DNA from: Nannocystis bainbridge
GTDB lineage: Bacteria; Myxococcota_A; Polyangia; Nannocystales; Nannocystaceae
Direction: 5' to 3'
NCBI RefSeq assembly: GCF_028368995.1
Contig: NZ_JAQNDL010000001.1
Span: 416,001 to 480,000 of the forward strand
Length of the DNA stretch: 64,000 bases
Part shown: piece after piece, positions 44,833 to 60,059 of the stretch
How the letters are laid out: each line of letters begins with the position of its first letter
Numbering within the stretch: position 1 is the stretch's first letter
Translations under genes and position numbers: made by a program
The notes under the pieces: model-generated
What the model saw: the letters and a program-made list of their open reading frames with translations, nothing else
The model's database searches: none
Told to the model about the DNA's origin: nothing

Positions 44833-44884
44833 GGCGCCAGGGTAACGCCGTGGGAACGGGGTTTCCAAGGACTTCTCGAGCGCG

Positions 44885-44960
44885 GGACATGTCGCCGGTG
44901 TGCGTGCGGGTCGGCGCACATGGGACGGCCGCGCTCGAACATGTCCTTTGGGACATCCAC
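44885..44960. repeat. GGACATGTCC-like units in divergent intergenic region
   Basis: Core at 44888 and a 14-bp pair at 44940/44954. Confidence 0.65.
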
Positions 44961-45174
44961 GATCCATCGCGCGCATCACCGCCGCCGGCATGGCCGATCG
45001 GACAGGTTTACCCATCCCTCTGACCCGGGCCCCGGCGACCTGCCCTCATTTCGGCCGCTCGGCCCGAGCCCGGCGTGTTCGCGCGCGCGCCCGGGCTCCG
45101 CATCTGCGGACCCGCATTTTCTCTGCGATCTTCGCTGCGACCTGGGCCCGAAGGTGTCGTCCTTCCTCCGCGAG

Positions 45175-46266
45175 ATGAACTTCGCATCGCGCCCCCTCTC
45201 GTCCCTGTCGCTCGTCCTCGCGCTCGCCGCCTGCGGCGACGGCGAGAACCCCCTCACTGCCACCACCACCGCCACCGCCACCGACACCGGCCCGACCAGC
45301 GACACCGCGCCGCAGACCACCACCGGCGACGACGGCACCACCACCGGCGACGACGACGACACCACCACCGGCACGCCCGACGATCCCACCACCACGACCA
45401 CCACCATGGGCGTCGATCCGTGCGACGCCTGCGGCGACGGGGCCAGCTGTCGCGGCGACACCTGCGTGTGCGACGAGGGCTTCGAGGGCGACGGCCAGAC
45501 CTGCACCGACCTCGACGAGTGCGCCGGCAAGAACGATTGTGCCGTCGACGCCACCTGCAACAACACCCCGGGCGGCTACGACTGCGCCTGCAACGACGGC
45601 TACAAGGGCAACGGCTTCACCTGCAGCGACATCGACGAGTGCACCGAAGACCGTGACATGTGCAGCCCGAACGCCGCCTGCGCCAACCAGGACGGCGGCT
45701 ACAAGTGCACTTGCAACGACGGCTTCACCGGCGACGGCTTCACCTGCAACGGCAGCAAGCAATTCGGCGAGAGCTGCGTGGCCGGTGAAGAGTGTGCGAC
45801 CGGCCTGTGCCTCGCCGGCGAGTTCGACATGTGCACCGTCACCTGCACCCAGGAAGTCGCCAACGACTGCGGCGCCCAGGGCGTGACCGGTCTGTGCGTC
45901 GAGGTCGGCAACGCCCAATACGCCTGCGCCGGCGACCTCACCTTCGGCGCCGACAAGGACGACGTGGTCCTGCAGGCCGGCGACAAGGTCGCGCGCGTGT
46001 TCCAGACCAAGACCGACGCCGACGTGTTCCTGGTCAACATCGTCATCGCCGGCGACTACGCCGTCTACGCCACCCCCGACCCGGACGACGACATCCAGCT
46101 CGACTTCTATCAGGCCGACGCCTCCGAGTTCGGCACCGCCAACATGTTCGGCATCGGCCAGGTCGAGTCCGCGGTGGTCACCACCCAGCCCGGCGTGTTC
46201 TTCGTGGTCGCCCGCAACATCGGCGCCAGCAACGGCGGCTACTCGATCGAGGTCGTCAAGCAATAG
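45175..46266 (+). CDS. Lipoprotein with calcium-binding EGF repeats
   Basis: LAAC lipobox, Thr stalk, DLDEC..C...ATCNNTPGGYDCAC and DIDEC..C..NAACANQDGGYKCTC, then a C-terminal beta-sandwich (PPC-like). Confidence 0.88.
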   Translation: MNFASRPLSSLSLVLALAACGDGENPLTATTTATATDTGPTSDTAPQTTTGDDGTTTGDDDDTTTGTPDDPTTTTTTMGVDPCDACGDGASCRGDTCVCDEGFEGDGQTCTDLDECAGKNDCAVDATCNNTPGGYDCACNDGYKGNGFTCSDIDECTEDRDMCSPNAACANQDGGYKCTCNDGFTGDGFTCNGSKQFGESCVAGEECATGLCLAGEFDMCTVTCTQEVANDCGAQGVTGLCVEVGNAQYACAGDLTFGADKDDVVLQAGDKVARVFQTKTDADVFLVNIVIAGDYAVYATPDPDDDIQLDFYQADASEFGTANMFGIGQVESAVVTTQPGVFFVVARNIGASNGGYSIEVVKQ

Positions 46267-46459
46267 CCCGACGCGCAGCTCGGGCGGATCCCCGCGCCAC
46301 GCGGCCGGGGAGGTCCGGCGTCGGCGAGGCGCTCGCGTCGGCGACCTTCACGTCCCGCTCGAGCGCGAGCTTCGTCGACGCGGCCCGTCACCCGGGCAGC
46401 GCGGGCCTCGCCCCGGCGCTCCCCTGGACGCGGACTTGTGGCAGGATGCCGCTCGCGCC

Positions 46460-47323
46460 GTGTCCACGCCCCCGTCCAGTCCGCCGGAGCCAGCCGGCGC
46501 GCGCGACCTCGCGGCCGCCCTCGACCGCGCCGTGATCCGCGGCGCGGCGGCCTGGCCCGGCCTCGAAGTCACGCCGGCGCTGTTCCGCGACTACCTCGCC
46601 GCGCGCGTGCCCGAGGTCGACCCGGCCGCGGCCCTCGAGGCGATGGCGCTCGAGGACCTCTACCTCGCCTGCGCCTGCGTCCTCGGCGACCGGCGGGCCA
46701 TCGCCGCCTTTACCGAGCGGTTCGTCAAGGTCAGCGTCGCCGCGGCCTCGCGCGCGCGCCGGGGCGGGCCGGCGGCCGACGACATGGTCCAGCTCGTGCT
46801 CGAGAAGCTGCTCGCCCCGCGCGGCGAGCAGCCGCCGCGGCTGGCCGAATTCGGCGGCCAGGGCGGCCTGCGGGCGTGGGTCCGCGTCACCGTCGTGCGC
46901 GCGGGCATCGACCTCGAGCGGACCCAGGCGCGCCGGATCGTCGCCGAGCCGGCCGAGCCGACCGCCGAGCTCGAGGCGCTGGCGACCACCACCGACCCCG
47001 AGCTCGACTACCTCAAGCAGCACTACCGCGACGCCTTCCGCGACGCCTTCGCGGCCGCCCTGGCCGAGCTCGACCCGCGCGCGCGCAACGCCCTGCGCCA
47101 CCACCTGGTCGATCAGCTCAGCATCGACCAGATCGGCGCCCTCCACGGCGTGCACCGGGCCACCGCCGCCCGCTGGATCGCCCGCAGCCGCGAGGCCCTG
47201 CTGGCCGGCACCCGCGACCAACTGCGCGCGCGCCTGCGGCTGAGCGAGGGCGAGTACGCCAGCATCATGCGCCTCATCGACAGCATGCTCGAGGTCAGCG
47301 TCCAGCGGCTGCTGTCGGGCTGA
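46460..47323 (+). CDS. Myxobacterial-type sigma-70 family factor
   Basis: EDLYLACAC..GD..AIAAF, LAEFGGQGGLRAWVRV, DPELDYLKQHY, LSIDQIGALHGVHRATAARW. Start uncertain (46436 or 46460). Confidence 0.88.
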   Translation: MSTPPSSPPEPAGARDLAAALDRAVIRGAAAWPGLEVTPALFRDYLAARVPEVDPAAALEAMALEDLYLACACVLGDRRAIAAFTERFVKVSVAAASRARRGGPAADDMVQLVLEKLLAPRGEQPPRLAEFGGQGGLRAWVRVTVVRAGIDLERTQARRIVAEPAEPTAELEALATTTDPELDYLKQHYRDAFRDAFAAALAELDPRARNALRHHLVDQLSIDQIGALHGVHRATAARWIARSREALLAGTRDQLRARLRLSEGEYASIMRLIDSMLEVSVQRLLSG

Positions 47324-47326
47324 GCC

Positions 47327-47424
47327 GGACAGGTCCTCGAGGACATGTCCTCGCGGACCGGTCCTCGAAGACATGCCCCGAGGGTCATGTCCCTCGAAGC
47401 ATGCCCCTCGGGACATGCCCGTCG
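47327..47424. repeat. GGACATGTCC-like array, 7 contiguous units of 14 bp
   Basis: ggacaggtcctcga ggacatgtcctcgc ggaccggtcctcga agacatgccccgag ggtcatgtccctcg aagcatgcccctcg ggacatgcccgtcg. Confidence 0.95.
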
Positions 47425-47484
47425 AAGCCCTCTCTCCTTCGCGGCTTCGGGCTCGCGGACGCGCGAGAGCCTCACGACGCCGCT

Positions 47485-50541
<3,057 letters not shown>

Positions 50542-50799
50542 CCGCGCCGGAGGATAGTGCACGCCCGCCGCCGCCGTCGAGGCCGGCGATCCCCGTCTCG
50601 CCCGACCCCGCGCGCCACCTCGCTCCCTGCCGGGCCCCCCGGCGCGCGAATCGAGCGATCGCCACGCTGCGACGAATCCCCTGTCGGCGAATGACAGCGC
50701 CCTCTCTCCTCCATGCATTCGCCACGCCTCTCATTGTCACCACCCTGCGCGACGATGTCGCCCTTGCCACGACCTCCGTCGCCGCCTGACCGGGCGAAG

Positions 50800-51601
50800 G
50801 CCCCATGGCTCGCCTTCGGCATGCTCCGCGAGGGCGCGCGCACCATCAGCGAGACCGAGATCCAGGGCGCCCTGCGCTTCAGCCTCGACAGGCCGCGGCT
50901 GGACACCGCCTTCAACAAGATCGACCTCGAGCTCAATTCCCGCGACCTGCCGCCCTCGGGCGAGGTCGACGGCGACGACTCGGTCCAGTTGTCATCGGTC
51001 CAGCAGATGTTCGGCCGCCTCGAGGTCCAATGGCTCGCCGAATTCCTCGACGTCCTCGCGGTCCATTACGGCAGCGGCCTGCGCCTGCTCGACATCGGCG
51101 GCGACCCCGAAGGCGCGCGCCTCGCCATCAATCAATGGGTCGCGGGCGAGACCCATGAAAAGATCCTCGAGCTCCTGCCGCCGATGTCGATCTACCCCAC
51201 GGTCACCGGCGTCCTGATCAACGCGATGTACCTCAAGGCGCCGTGGAAGTTCGCGTTCGACGAGGTCCAGGAGGGCGTGCCGTTCACCCGCGCCGACGGC
51301 GTCGCGGTCGACGTGGCGATGATGCGCGTCGCCACCGAGGACGCCTGGTACCACAAGGGCGCCGGCTTCGAGGCCCTCGAGCTGCCCCTGCGCGGCGAAT
51401 CGCTGTCGATGGCCTTCATCCTCCCCGACGCCGGCACCTTCGACGCCTACGTCGAAGCCCTCGACGGTCGAGGACTCCGACGGCGGCGTCTGGCCCGAGG
51501 CGACCTTCACCGCCGACCGGCCGTTCCTGTTCGCCGTCCGCGACCGCAAGACCGACAGCCTGCTGTTCTTCGGCCGCGTGCTCGACCCGACCGCGCTCTG
51601 A
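50800..51601 (+). pseudogene. Serpin remnant (internal deletion with frameshift)
   Basis: AFGMLREGA..EIQGALRF, AINQWVAGETHEKI, LINAMYLKAPW..F, ALELP, SMAFILPD in one frame; after about 51466 a different frame gives FTADRPFLFAVRD..LLFFGRVLDP*. Confidence 0.8.
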
Positions 51602-51944
51602 GCCTCGCGGCCCGCCAGCGGGGGCGCGTCGCGGTCACGGCGATGCGTCCCTCGCTCGCGTCCGCGCGGCCGACGACGCGTGGATGAATCGATCGTTCTT
51701 GCTGCCGGAATTATCGTCGCCCCGCGCCTGCAGGCCAGCGCCCACCTCACCCACGGCCGCGGAACGTGGGGCATTTCCCGCCTCGGCACGTGAGGATCCC
51801 GGTTCGCTTGCCAGCGCGATGCCCGCGAACGCATGCCGCCACGCGGGACGTCCGCTCACTGTCGAGGACGTGCAGCGTGACGAAGAACCGGGGTTGCTCG
51901 CGTTGCCGAACGCATCATACAGCGAGTACCACCCGCTTGGTCGT

Positions 51945-53455
51945 ATGAGCCGAACCGTCCCCACAGCCTTCTCGCAGCCGCGCGCGCCGACCGGGATCTC
52001 CGGCCTCGACGACATCCTCGGCGGGGGTCTCCCGCGGGATCACCTGTACCTCTTCGAGGGGGCGCCGGGCTCGGGAAAGACCACTTTCGGCCTGCAGTTC
52101 CTGCTCGAAGGCCGGGACCGCGGCGAGGTCGGGCTCTACATCACCCTGTCCGAGACACGCAGCGAGCTCGAGATCGTCGCCGCCTCGCATGGCTGGTCGC
52201 TCGACGGCATCCGCGTGTTCGAGCTGCTCTCGCCCGACCATCTGAGCCCCGACGCGGCGCAGACGATCCTCCACCCGTCCGAGGTCGAGCTCGGGGAGAC
52301 CGTCGACGGCGTGCTCCGGGCGATCGAGCGGGAGCAGCCGACGCGGGTCGTGTTCGACAGCCTGTCCGAGATGCGGATGCTGGCCCAAGATCCGCTGCGC
52401 TATCGCCGGCAGATCCTCGCGCTCAAGCACATCTTCGCCCGCAAGCAGTGCACCGTCATCATGCTCGACGACCGGACCAGCGCGCAGCAGGACTTGCAGC
52501 TGCACAGCATCGCCCACGGCGTCCTCGGCCTCGAGCAGCACACCCACCAGTACGGGCCCGAGCGCCGCTGCCTGCGGGTGAGCAAGCTGCGGGGCCTCAA
52601 GTATCGCGGCGGCGATCACGACTACGAGATCCGCACCGGCGGCATCGAGGTCTACCCGCGGCTCGTGGCCTCGGAGCACCGCGCCGGCGTCGAGCACACC
52701 ATGGTCTCGAGCGGCAACCGGGGTCTCGACAGCCTCCTCGGCGGCGGCCTCAGCCGCGGGACGAGCGTCCTGTTCAGCGGGCCGGCCGGCGCCGGCAAGA
52801 CCACCACCGCGCTCGCCTGCGTCCAGGCGGCCCTCGAGCGCGGCGAGCGGTGCGCCTTCTATCTCTTCGACGAGAGCCTGTCGATCATGCTGAAGCGGGC
52901 GACGGCGCTGGGCATCGAAGTCGGCAAGTACATCGAGTCCGGGACGCTCGAGCTGGTCCAGCTCGACCCGGCGGAGATGTCGGCCGGGGAGTTCGCCCAC
53001 CGGGTGCGCGAGGCCGTCGAGGCCGGCGCGCAGACGGTGGTCATCGACAGCCTCAACGCTTACTTGCACGCCATGCCGGGCAGCCGCTTCCTGGTGTTGC
53101 AGATGCACGAGCTGCTCGCCTACCTCAACCAGAAGGGGGTCATCACGCTCCTCATCCTGGGCCAGCACGGCGTGCTCGGCGAGGGCCGCACGGACGTCGA
53201 CCTCAGTTATCTCAGCGATTCGATGCTGCTGTTCCGCTACTTCGAGGCGCGCGGGCGGCTGCTCAAGGCGATGTCTGTCACCAAGAGCCGCACCAACCCC
53301 CACGAGTCGACGATCCGCGAGTTCCGGCTGACGGCCCGCGGCATCGAGATCGGCGACATCTTGCTCGACTTCCAGGGCGTGCTCGGCGGCGTCCCCCACT
53401 ACGACGGCGTGCGTCCGCTGCTGGCCGACCGCGACGGCAAGGGCGCGGCCAAGGG

Positions 53456-53459
<4 letters not shown>
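51945..53459 (+). CDS. KaiC-like tandem RecA-superfamily ATPase
   Basis: TGISGLDDILGGGLP, GAPGSGKT, VVFDSL, KLRG; second domain SSGNRGLDSLLGGG, GPAGAGKT, FDES, VIDSL, KSR..H..TIREF. Confidence 0.92.
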
Positions 53460-55132
<1,673 letters not shown>

Positions 55133-55175
55133 ACGCCGCGGCGTGAGGCGCCGGCGCTCGCGCGATTGTCCGAGA

Positions 55176-55385
55176 CGCGACTCCGAGGCACGGACCGGCG
55201 CGCGCGACCGTCAATGCCGCGACTCCACGGCACGGACCGGCGCGCGCGACCATCAATGCCGCGACTCCGCAACACAAACAATCGCGCGCGCGGCCGTCAA
55301 TGCCGCGACTCCGCGGCCCGGACAGTCGCGCGCGCCACTGTCAGTGCCGCGACTCCGCGGCGGTGACCGGCGCGCGCGGCCGCGT
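55176..55385. repeat. Degenerate tandem repeat, 42-44 bp unit, about 5 copies
   Basis: cgcgactcc at 55176, 55218, 55260, 55304, 55348; unit approximately tgccgcgactccgcggcacggaccggcgcgcgcgaccgtcaa. Confidence 0.88.
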
Positions 55386-55970
55386 CGACCGGCGCGTGTA
55401 CTCGGCGATGTGCTCGATGCCCGCCACCGCGGCCCGGAACGCTCGCGCCAGCGGCCGGTGCGTCGCCGCCTCGAGCGCCCGCTCCGGATGCGCCGCGAAC
55501 CACTCGAGCGCGTGCTCGGCCTCGACCACCAGCGCCTGCCGCCGCTCGAGCCAGGCGACGCACCAGTCGGCGAGTTCGACCGCGCCGTCGCGGCGGGCCA
55601 CCTGCTCGAACAGCGTCACCAGATCGATCCCGTGGCGCACGCCCAGCAGCGTGCCGCGATACGAGCGCTCGAGGCTGAGGAACAGGTCCGCGACCTGATT
55701 GCGGACCACCGAGAACGCCGAGCCCACCGCGCGGCCGCCCGTGCTGACCGGCAGCTCGTGGCGCTCGATCAGCCCCGGCAGCTCCGCCAGCGCCGACTCG
55801 GCGTGCGCGGCGATCGCTCGGAAGATCCGCGCCGGCGGGACATCGCCCAGGCGCTCCGCTTCGATGATGGGGTGACGCTGCGCCGATTGCTCGGTCTGGA
55901 ACAGCTCACGCGAAAGATTGCCCAGCCAGGCGCGAACGTCCGTCGCCTGCTCCTCGGAAACCTGGTTCAT
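55341..55970 (-). CDS. Hypothetical helical protein (possibly ferritin-like)
   Basis: MNQVSE start; ELFQTEQSAQRH, AHAE, RHGIDLV give E/H spacing typical of four-helix bundles. Confidence 0.65.
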   Translation of the reverse strand: MNQVSEEQATDVRAWLGNLSRELFQTEQSAQRHPIIEAERLGDVPPARIFRAIAAHAESALAELPGLIERHELPVSTGGRAVGSAFSVVRNQVADLFLSLERSYRGTLLGVRHGIDLVTLFEQVARRDGAVELADWCVAWLERRQALVVEAEHALEWFAAHPERALEAATHRPLARAFRAAVAGIEHIAEYTRRSTRPRAPVTAAESRH

Positions 55971-56201
55971 GCGCCGAACTGTGGCGGGTATGTACGGACT
56001 GGCAATCGCCCGCCCCGCCGACGACCCCCGTGGGGCCCGCGGCGGGGGAATTTGCCGTTCCATTCGCGGCTCGCCGCAGGTATGCGCCGATAGCGCTATC
56101 CCGATCCGAATCCATTGGGTTTCCAGCCGGGCTCGCTCGCCCCGCGGTCCTGTCCATGACCTGGCATTCTCTCGCGCAGTCATTGCCCACAGCGCCGGCG
56201 G

Positions 56202-57389
56202 TCAGCCGGCCCCGCTCGCCGTCGGCATCGTGAACGTGAAGCAGGTCGACTCCTCGTCCGAGTGCACGTCGAGCCGCCCCCCGTGCGACCGCGCGATCTC
56301 GGCGGCGATGTAGAGCCCGAGCCCGAGGCCCTCTCCCGGCCGCTTGCGGGCCCCGCGACGGAACGGCTGAAACAGCCGCACCTGCTCGTCGTCCGGGATC
56401 GCCGGCCCGCGATTGGTCACCGACAGCACGAACCTCGCCTCGTCGGCGAACGCCAGCACATCGACCGGTTGGTCGGGGGCCCCGTGGACCAGCGCGTTCT
56501 TCAGCAGGTTCGCCAGCAGCTGGGCCAGGCGCCGGCTGTCACACATCACCGGCACGGGCACCTCGATGCGGGCCTGGACCGACCGCTCGGCGTGCGCGCT
56601 CTGCAGCTCGGCGATGACCTGGTACAGCTCGGCTCGCAGCTGCCCGCTCGCGCGGCGCTCGACCGCCATCTCGCCGCCCATGCGCCCGCGGGTGAAGTCG
56701 AGGACATCGTCGATCCGCGCCGCGACCTGCCCGGCGCTGCGGCCGATCCGCTCGACCACCTGCATCGACTCCGGGGCCAGCGCCATCCGCCGCAGCAGCT
56801 CGGCGCCCGTCACGATCGACGCCAGCGGCGTGCGAACGTCGTGGCCGAGCACCGCGATGAATTGCTCGCGCAGCTCGGCGGTCTCGCGCTCGTGCTGCAC
56901 CGGCGTGCGGGCCCCGGCGTGCCGCTTCTCGCCGTCGATCTGCAGCGAGATGAGCTGGGCGAACATCGACATGGTTCGCAGGATCGCCGGATCCGACACC
57001 GTGCGGGGCAGCGGATCGATGGCGCACAGGCTGCCGAAATAGCTGCCGTCGGCCCGGTAGAGCGGGAACGACAGGTAGCTCTCGATGTTGTAAAGCTTCG
57101 GTGTCGGGTGATCGCAATATTCAGGGTCGAGGGAGGCGTGATTGATGACCACCGGCGCCTGCTGGGTCCGTACCTTGCGACACAGCGTCGTCGTCACGTC
57201 GAGCGGGTCGCCGGGCTTGATGCCGACTTTGATGCGATCGAGCACCGCGCAGGCGGCCCACGAGTCCTCGGTCACGCGCGCGACGCAGACGAAGCGCATC
57301 CCCGTGACGTCGGCGATGACGCGCAAGATCGGCGCCACCATGGGGATGGCCGCCACGGCGGCGATATCCGCCGCCAGCGTGGCGTCCAT
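56202..57389 (-). CDS. GAF-domain sensor histidine kinase
   Basis: TGMRFVCVARV..YNIESY..FGSLCAID GAF; GHDVRTPL, NLLKNALVHG, GLGLGLYI. Confidence 0.92.
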   Translation of the reverse strand: MDATLAADIAAVAAIPMVAPILRVIADVTGMRFVCVARVTEDSWAACAVLDRIKVGIKPGDPLDVTTTLCRKVRTQQAPVVINHASLDPEYCDHPTPKLYNIESYLSFPLYRADGSYFGSLCAIDPLPRTVSDPAILRTMSMFAQLISLQIDGEKRHAGARTPVQHERETAELREQFIAVLGHDVRTPLASIVTGAELLRRMALAPESMQVVERIGRSAGQVAARIDDVLDFTRGRMGGEMAVERRASGQLRAELYQVIAELQSAHAERSVQARIEVPVPVMCDSRRLAQLLANLLKNALVHGAPDQPVDVLAFADEARFVLSVTNRGPAIPDDEQVRLFQPFRRGARKRPGEGLGLGLYIAAEIARSHGGRLDVHSDEESTCFTFTMPTASGAG

Positions 57390-57725
57390 GCTGTCGCTAC
57401 GAGGGGACTCGAATGGAGCGTTCACCAGTCGAGAACACTAACAGAGGCCGCGCAAGCCCGCGCTGCGGCGCCTCGGCCGCACCAGCGCACAGCCCGCCGT
57501 ACGCGCCCCGGGAGCCCGCGCCGGTCCATCGACGAACATCGTTTCGACCGGCGTCGACGCTGTCATCGTCCCGCCGACAGCCATCATTCTCGCGCACACC
57601 CGGGTCGAGCCCGCGGCGACGTGATCTCGAGCGCAGCCGATCGCGTCGGTCCCCGGACCGCGGTGACTGCCACCCGCTCCGCGCCCCCCTGCGGCGACCC
57701 CGAGTCAGTCACTGGCGCAATGACT

Positions 57726-59177
57726 TCACCGCGCGGGAGCCTTGCGGATCGCCAGGCTCAGCGGCACTGCCACCAGCGCCACGATCGTCGCCACCAGGTA
57801 CACATCGTTGATGCCGGCCACCAGCGACAGCTCGGCGATCCTCCCGGGCTCCGTCACCCCTTGCCCCGCCAGCGACTCGGCCGCCCGGGCCGAGAACAGC
57901 GCCAGCAGCGACGTGAAGATGGCGATCGAGAACGCCCCGAACACGTTGCGCAGCCAGTTGCTGATCGACGACGCGTGGCCGCTGAGCTCGCGCGGGATCT
58001 CCTCCATCCCCGCGTTGCTGGCCGGCATCATCGCCAGCGAGATGCCCACGTTGCGCACCAGCATCCACAGCAGCACGTAGGTCTGCGACACCTCGGGCGT
58101 CAGGCGGCTCAGGGCGAACGTGCCGCCCGCGATCATCAGCACCCCGGCCGTCATCAGCGCGCGCGGACCGATCCGGCCGTACACGCGCCCGACCACCGGC
58201 ATCAGCAGCGCCATCGCCAGCGACGCCGGCAGCAGGATCAGCCCGGTCGCCAGCGGCGTCACCCCCTGCACCGTCTGCAGGAACACCGGCACCAGGAACG
58301 CGCCCGAGTACAGGCTGATCGTGATGATGGACGCCACGATCAGCGTCACCAGATAGCGGCGATTCGTCAGCACCCGCAGGTCGAGCAGCGGGTGGCGCGT
58401 GCGCAGCTCGCGGACCACGAACCCCACCAGCGACAGCGTCCCGAGCAGCAGCAGCCCCACGGTGCTGCCATTCGTCCAGCCCCACTCGCGCCCCTGGCTC
58501 AGCGCGATCAGCAGCGCCAGCGTGCCCGTGATCACCGTGACGAGCCCCGGCAGGTCGAACGCCTGCGGCGCCTGCAGGCGGTAGTACGGGATGGTCCGGT
58601 TGGCCAGCGCCACCGCGAGCACGCCGAGCGGCACATTGATGAAGAACAGCCAGCGCCAGTCGGCCAGCGTGATCAGCCAGCCGGCGAACGTCGGCCCGAA
58701 CGCCGGCGCCAGGCTGGCCGAAAGGCTCCACAGGCTGGCCGCCAGCGCCTGCCGTTCGCGCGGCAAAAGCTGGTAGATGAGCGTCATCGTCACCGGCATG
58801 ATGGCGCCGCAGAACGCCCCCTGGACGAAGCGAAACGCCACCAGCGAGCGCGTGTCCCAGGCCATCCCGCACAGCACCGAAGTCAGCGTGAAGCCGACCA
58901 GGCTCGCCACGTACAGCCGCTTGAAGCTGAAGCGCCCGCCGAGGTAGCCGGTCAGCGGCGCGCTGGTCCCCATCGCCAGCATGAAGCCGGTCAGCGTCCA
59001 CTGCAGCAGCGACAGCTCGGCGCCGAAGTAGCGCTGCAGCTCGGGGATGGCGATCGTGATCGTGCTCGAGCTGAGCACCGACATGAACGACCCGACGAAC
59101 AGGGCGAACATGAACGGCCAGAAGCGGGTCACGCGCGGCTCTTCGGGCGGCGGCTGCATCGGGCGGGCCGTCCCCAT
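57726..59177 (-). CDS. DHA2 (EmrB/QacA) MFS efflux transporter
   Basis: About 14 TM; LAPAFGPTFAGWL..WRWLFFINVPLG, PLLDLRV. Confidence 0.92.
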   Translation of the reverse strand: MGTARPMQPPPEEPRVTRFWPFMFALFVGSFMSVLSSSTITIAIPELQRYFGAELSLLQWTLTGFMLAMGTSAPLTGYLGGRFSFKRLYVASLVGFTLTSVLCGMAWDTRSLVAFRFVQGAFCGAIMPVTMTLIYQLLPRERQALAASLWSLSASLAPAFGPTFAGWLITLADWRWLFFINVPLGVLAVALANRTIPYYRLQAPQAFDLPGLVTVITGTLALLIALSQGREWGWTNGSTVGLLLLGTLSLVGFVVRELRTRHPLLDLRVLTNRRYLVTLIVASIITISLYSGAFLVPVFLQTVQGVTPLATGLILLPASLAMALLMPVVGRVYGRIGPRALMTAGVLMIAGGTFALSRLTPEVSQTYVLLWMLVRNVGISLAMMPASNAGMEEIPRELSGHASSISNWLRNVFGAFSIAIFTSLLALFSARAAESLAGQGVTEPGRIAELSLVAGINDVYLVATIVALVAVPLSLAIRKAPAR

Positions 59178-59347
59178 ACCAGCACAGCCGCCCCGCCGTC
59201 ACGCGCCCGCGTCGTGCGTCACGCGCACGCGCAGTCACGCCCGCGGGCCTCGTCCGCGTGAGGCCCGCCGCACGCCTCACGGTCGCGCAGCCCGAGAGGC
59301 CGCACGCTGCGCTCGCGCCCGCTCGTGCGGACCGGCCGCGGCTCACC

Positions 59348-60022
59348 TCAGAACTGGCACAGCGTCTCGGCTTCGTCGGACATGTCCGCGCAATCCGCCT
59401 CGCCGTCGCAGATGAACGTCCCCGGCACGACATCGCCGGATTCGCAGGTGAAGGGCGGCGAGTCCTCGCATTGCCCCTCGATCGCTACCGTGGCGGCCGG
59501 GAACTGCTTGCCGCAGGCACTGTACGCGCCGGAGAACGCGCCGGAGCAGTCCCACTCGGGCTGGGTGTCGTATTGCTCGCACGTGACGGGCGCCATGCAC
59601 TCGTGATAGGCGAGCTCGGCGGCCGTCCGGCAATCCACGTACGCCGCGTGCATCGGCTCCGCCGCCTCGAGCTCGCACAGGCAGGCGACATACCCGTCAC
59701 TGTCGGGGTCGCGCCCTTCCTCGCAGGTCGCCACGTCGGGGTCGAACCCGAACTCGACGGCGCACGGACAGTATTGCTCGACGCCAGCGCGCGCGGCCGC
59801 AGCGTAGCGATCACAGGCCCGCGCCATCGCCCCGCCGGTGGTGCTCGTGGAGCCGTCGGTGGTCGGCGCGTCGGCGGTGGTGCCGTCGCTGCCGCCCGCG
59901 CTCGTCGTCGTCGTCGAATCGCCCGGGCCCTCCGTGGTGGGCTCCTGCTTCGTCGAACCGGGACAGGCCGCGACGCCCAGGCATGTCGCCACAGCGCAAA
60001 TCAATCCATACGACCGGGTCAT
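59348..60022 (-). CDS. Cys-rich lipoprotein with C-terminal LDL-receptor class A module
   Basis: VAAC lipobox; FTCESGDVVPGTFICDGEADCADMSDE. Confidence 0.8.
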   Translation of the reverse strand: MTRSYGLICAVATCLGVAACPGSTKQEPTTEGPGDSTTTTSAGGSDGTTADAPTTDGSTSTTGGAMARACDRYAAAARAGVEQYCPCAVEFGFDPDVATCEEGRDPDSDGYVACLCELEAAEPMHAAYVDCRTAAELAYHECMAPVTCEQYDTQPEWDCSGAFSGAYSACGKQFPAATVAIEGQCEDSPPFTCESGDVVPGTFICDGEADCADMSDEAETLCQF

Positions 60023-60059
60023 GGCGCCATCGTAGCTCGAGGCTCGCGGCCCCGGCACG

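Noticed and set aside
47327-47424. Decamer matches the p53 half-site consensus RRRCWWGYYY; also considered as a mini-CRISPR
   Set aside because: No p53-like gene is evident, so the match is treated as coincidence; 4-nt spacers cannot act as CRISPR spacers.
51243-51944. N-terminal extension fusing serpin sequence to the KaiC-like ORF
   Set aside because: The extension is a non-coding frame; the serpin motifs are in other frames and KaiC similarity starts at 51945.
55176-55385. Possible CRISPR array
   Set aside because: The whole unit is similar between copies, there are no unique spacers, the period is too short and no cas genes are present.
56202-57389. GAF kinase as the missing bacteriophytochrome partner of the heme oxygenase
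   Set aside because: No PAS-GAF-PHY architecture and no DIP or PRxSF motifs.
59378-59387. Isolated GGACATGTC(C) copies in CDS (also near 31633 and 36022) and pairs in the ABC-F gene (39734/39748, 40653/40667)
   Set aside because: Explainable by Asp-Met-Ser or Q-loop codons; too few phased units to call arrays.
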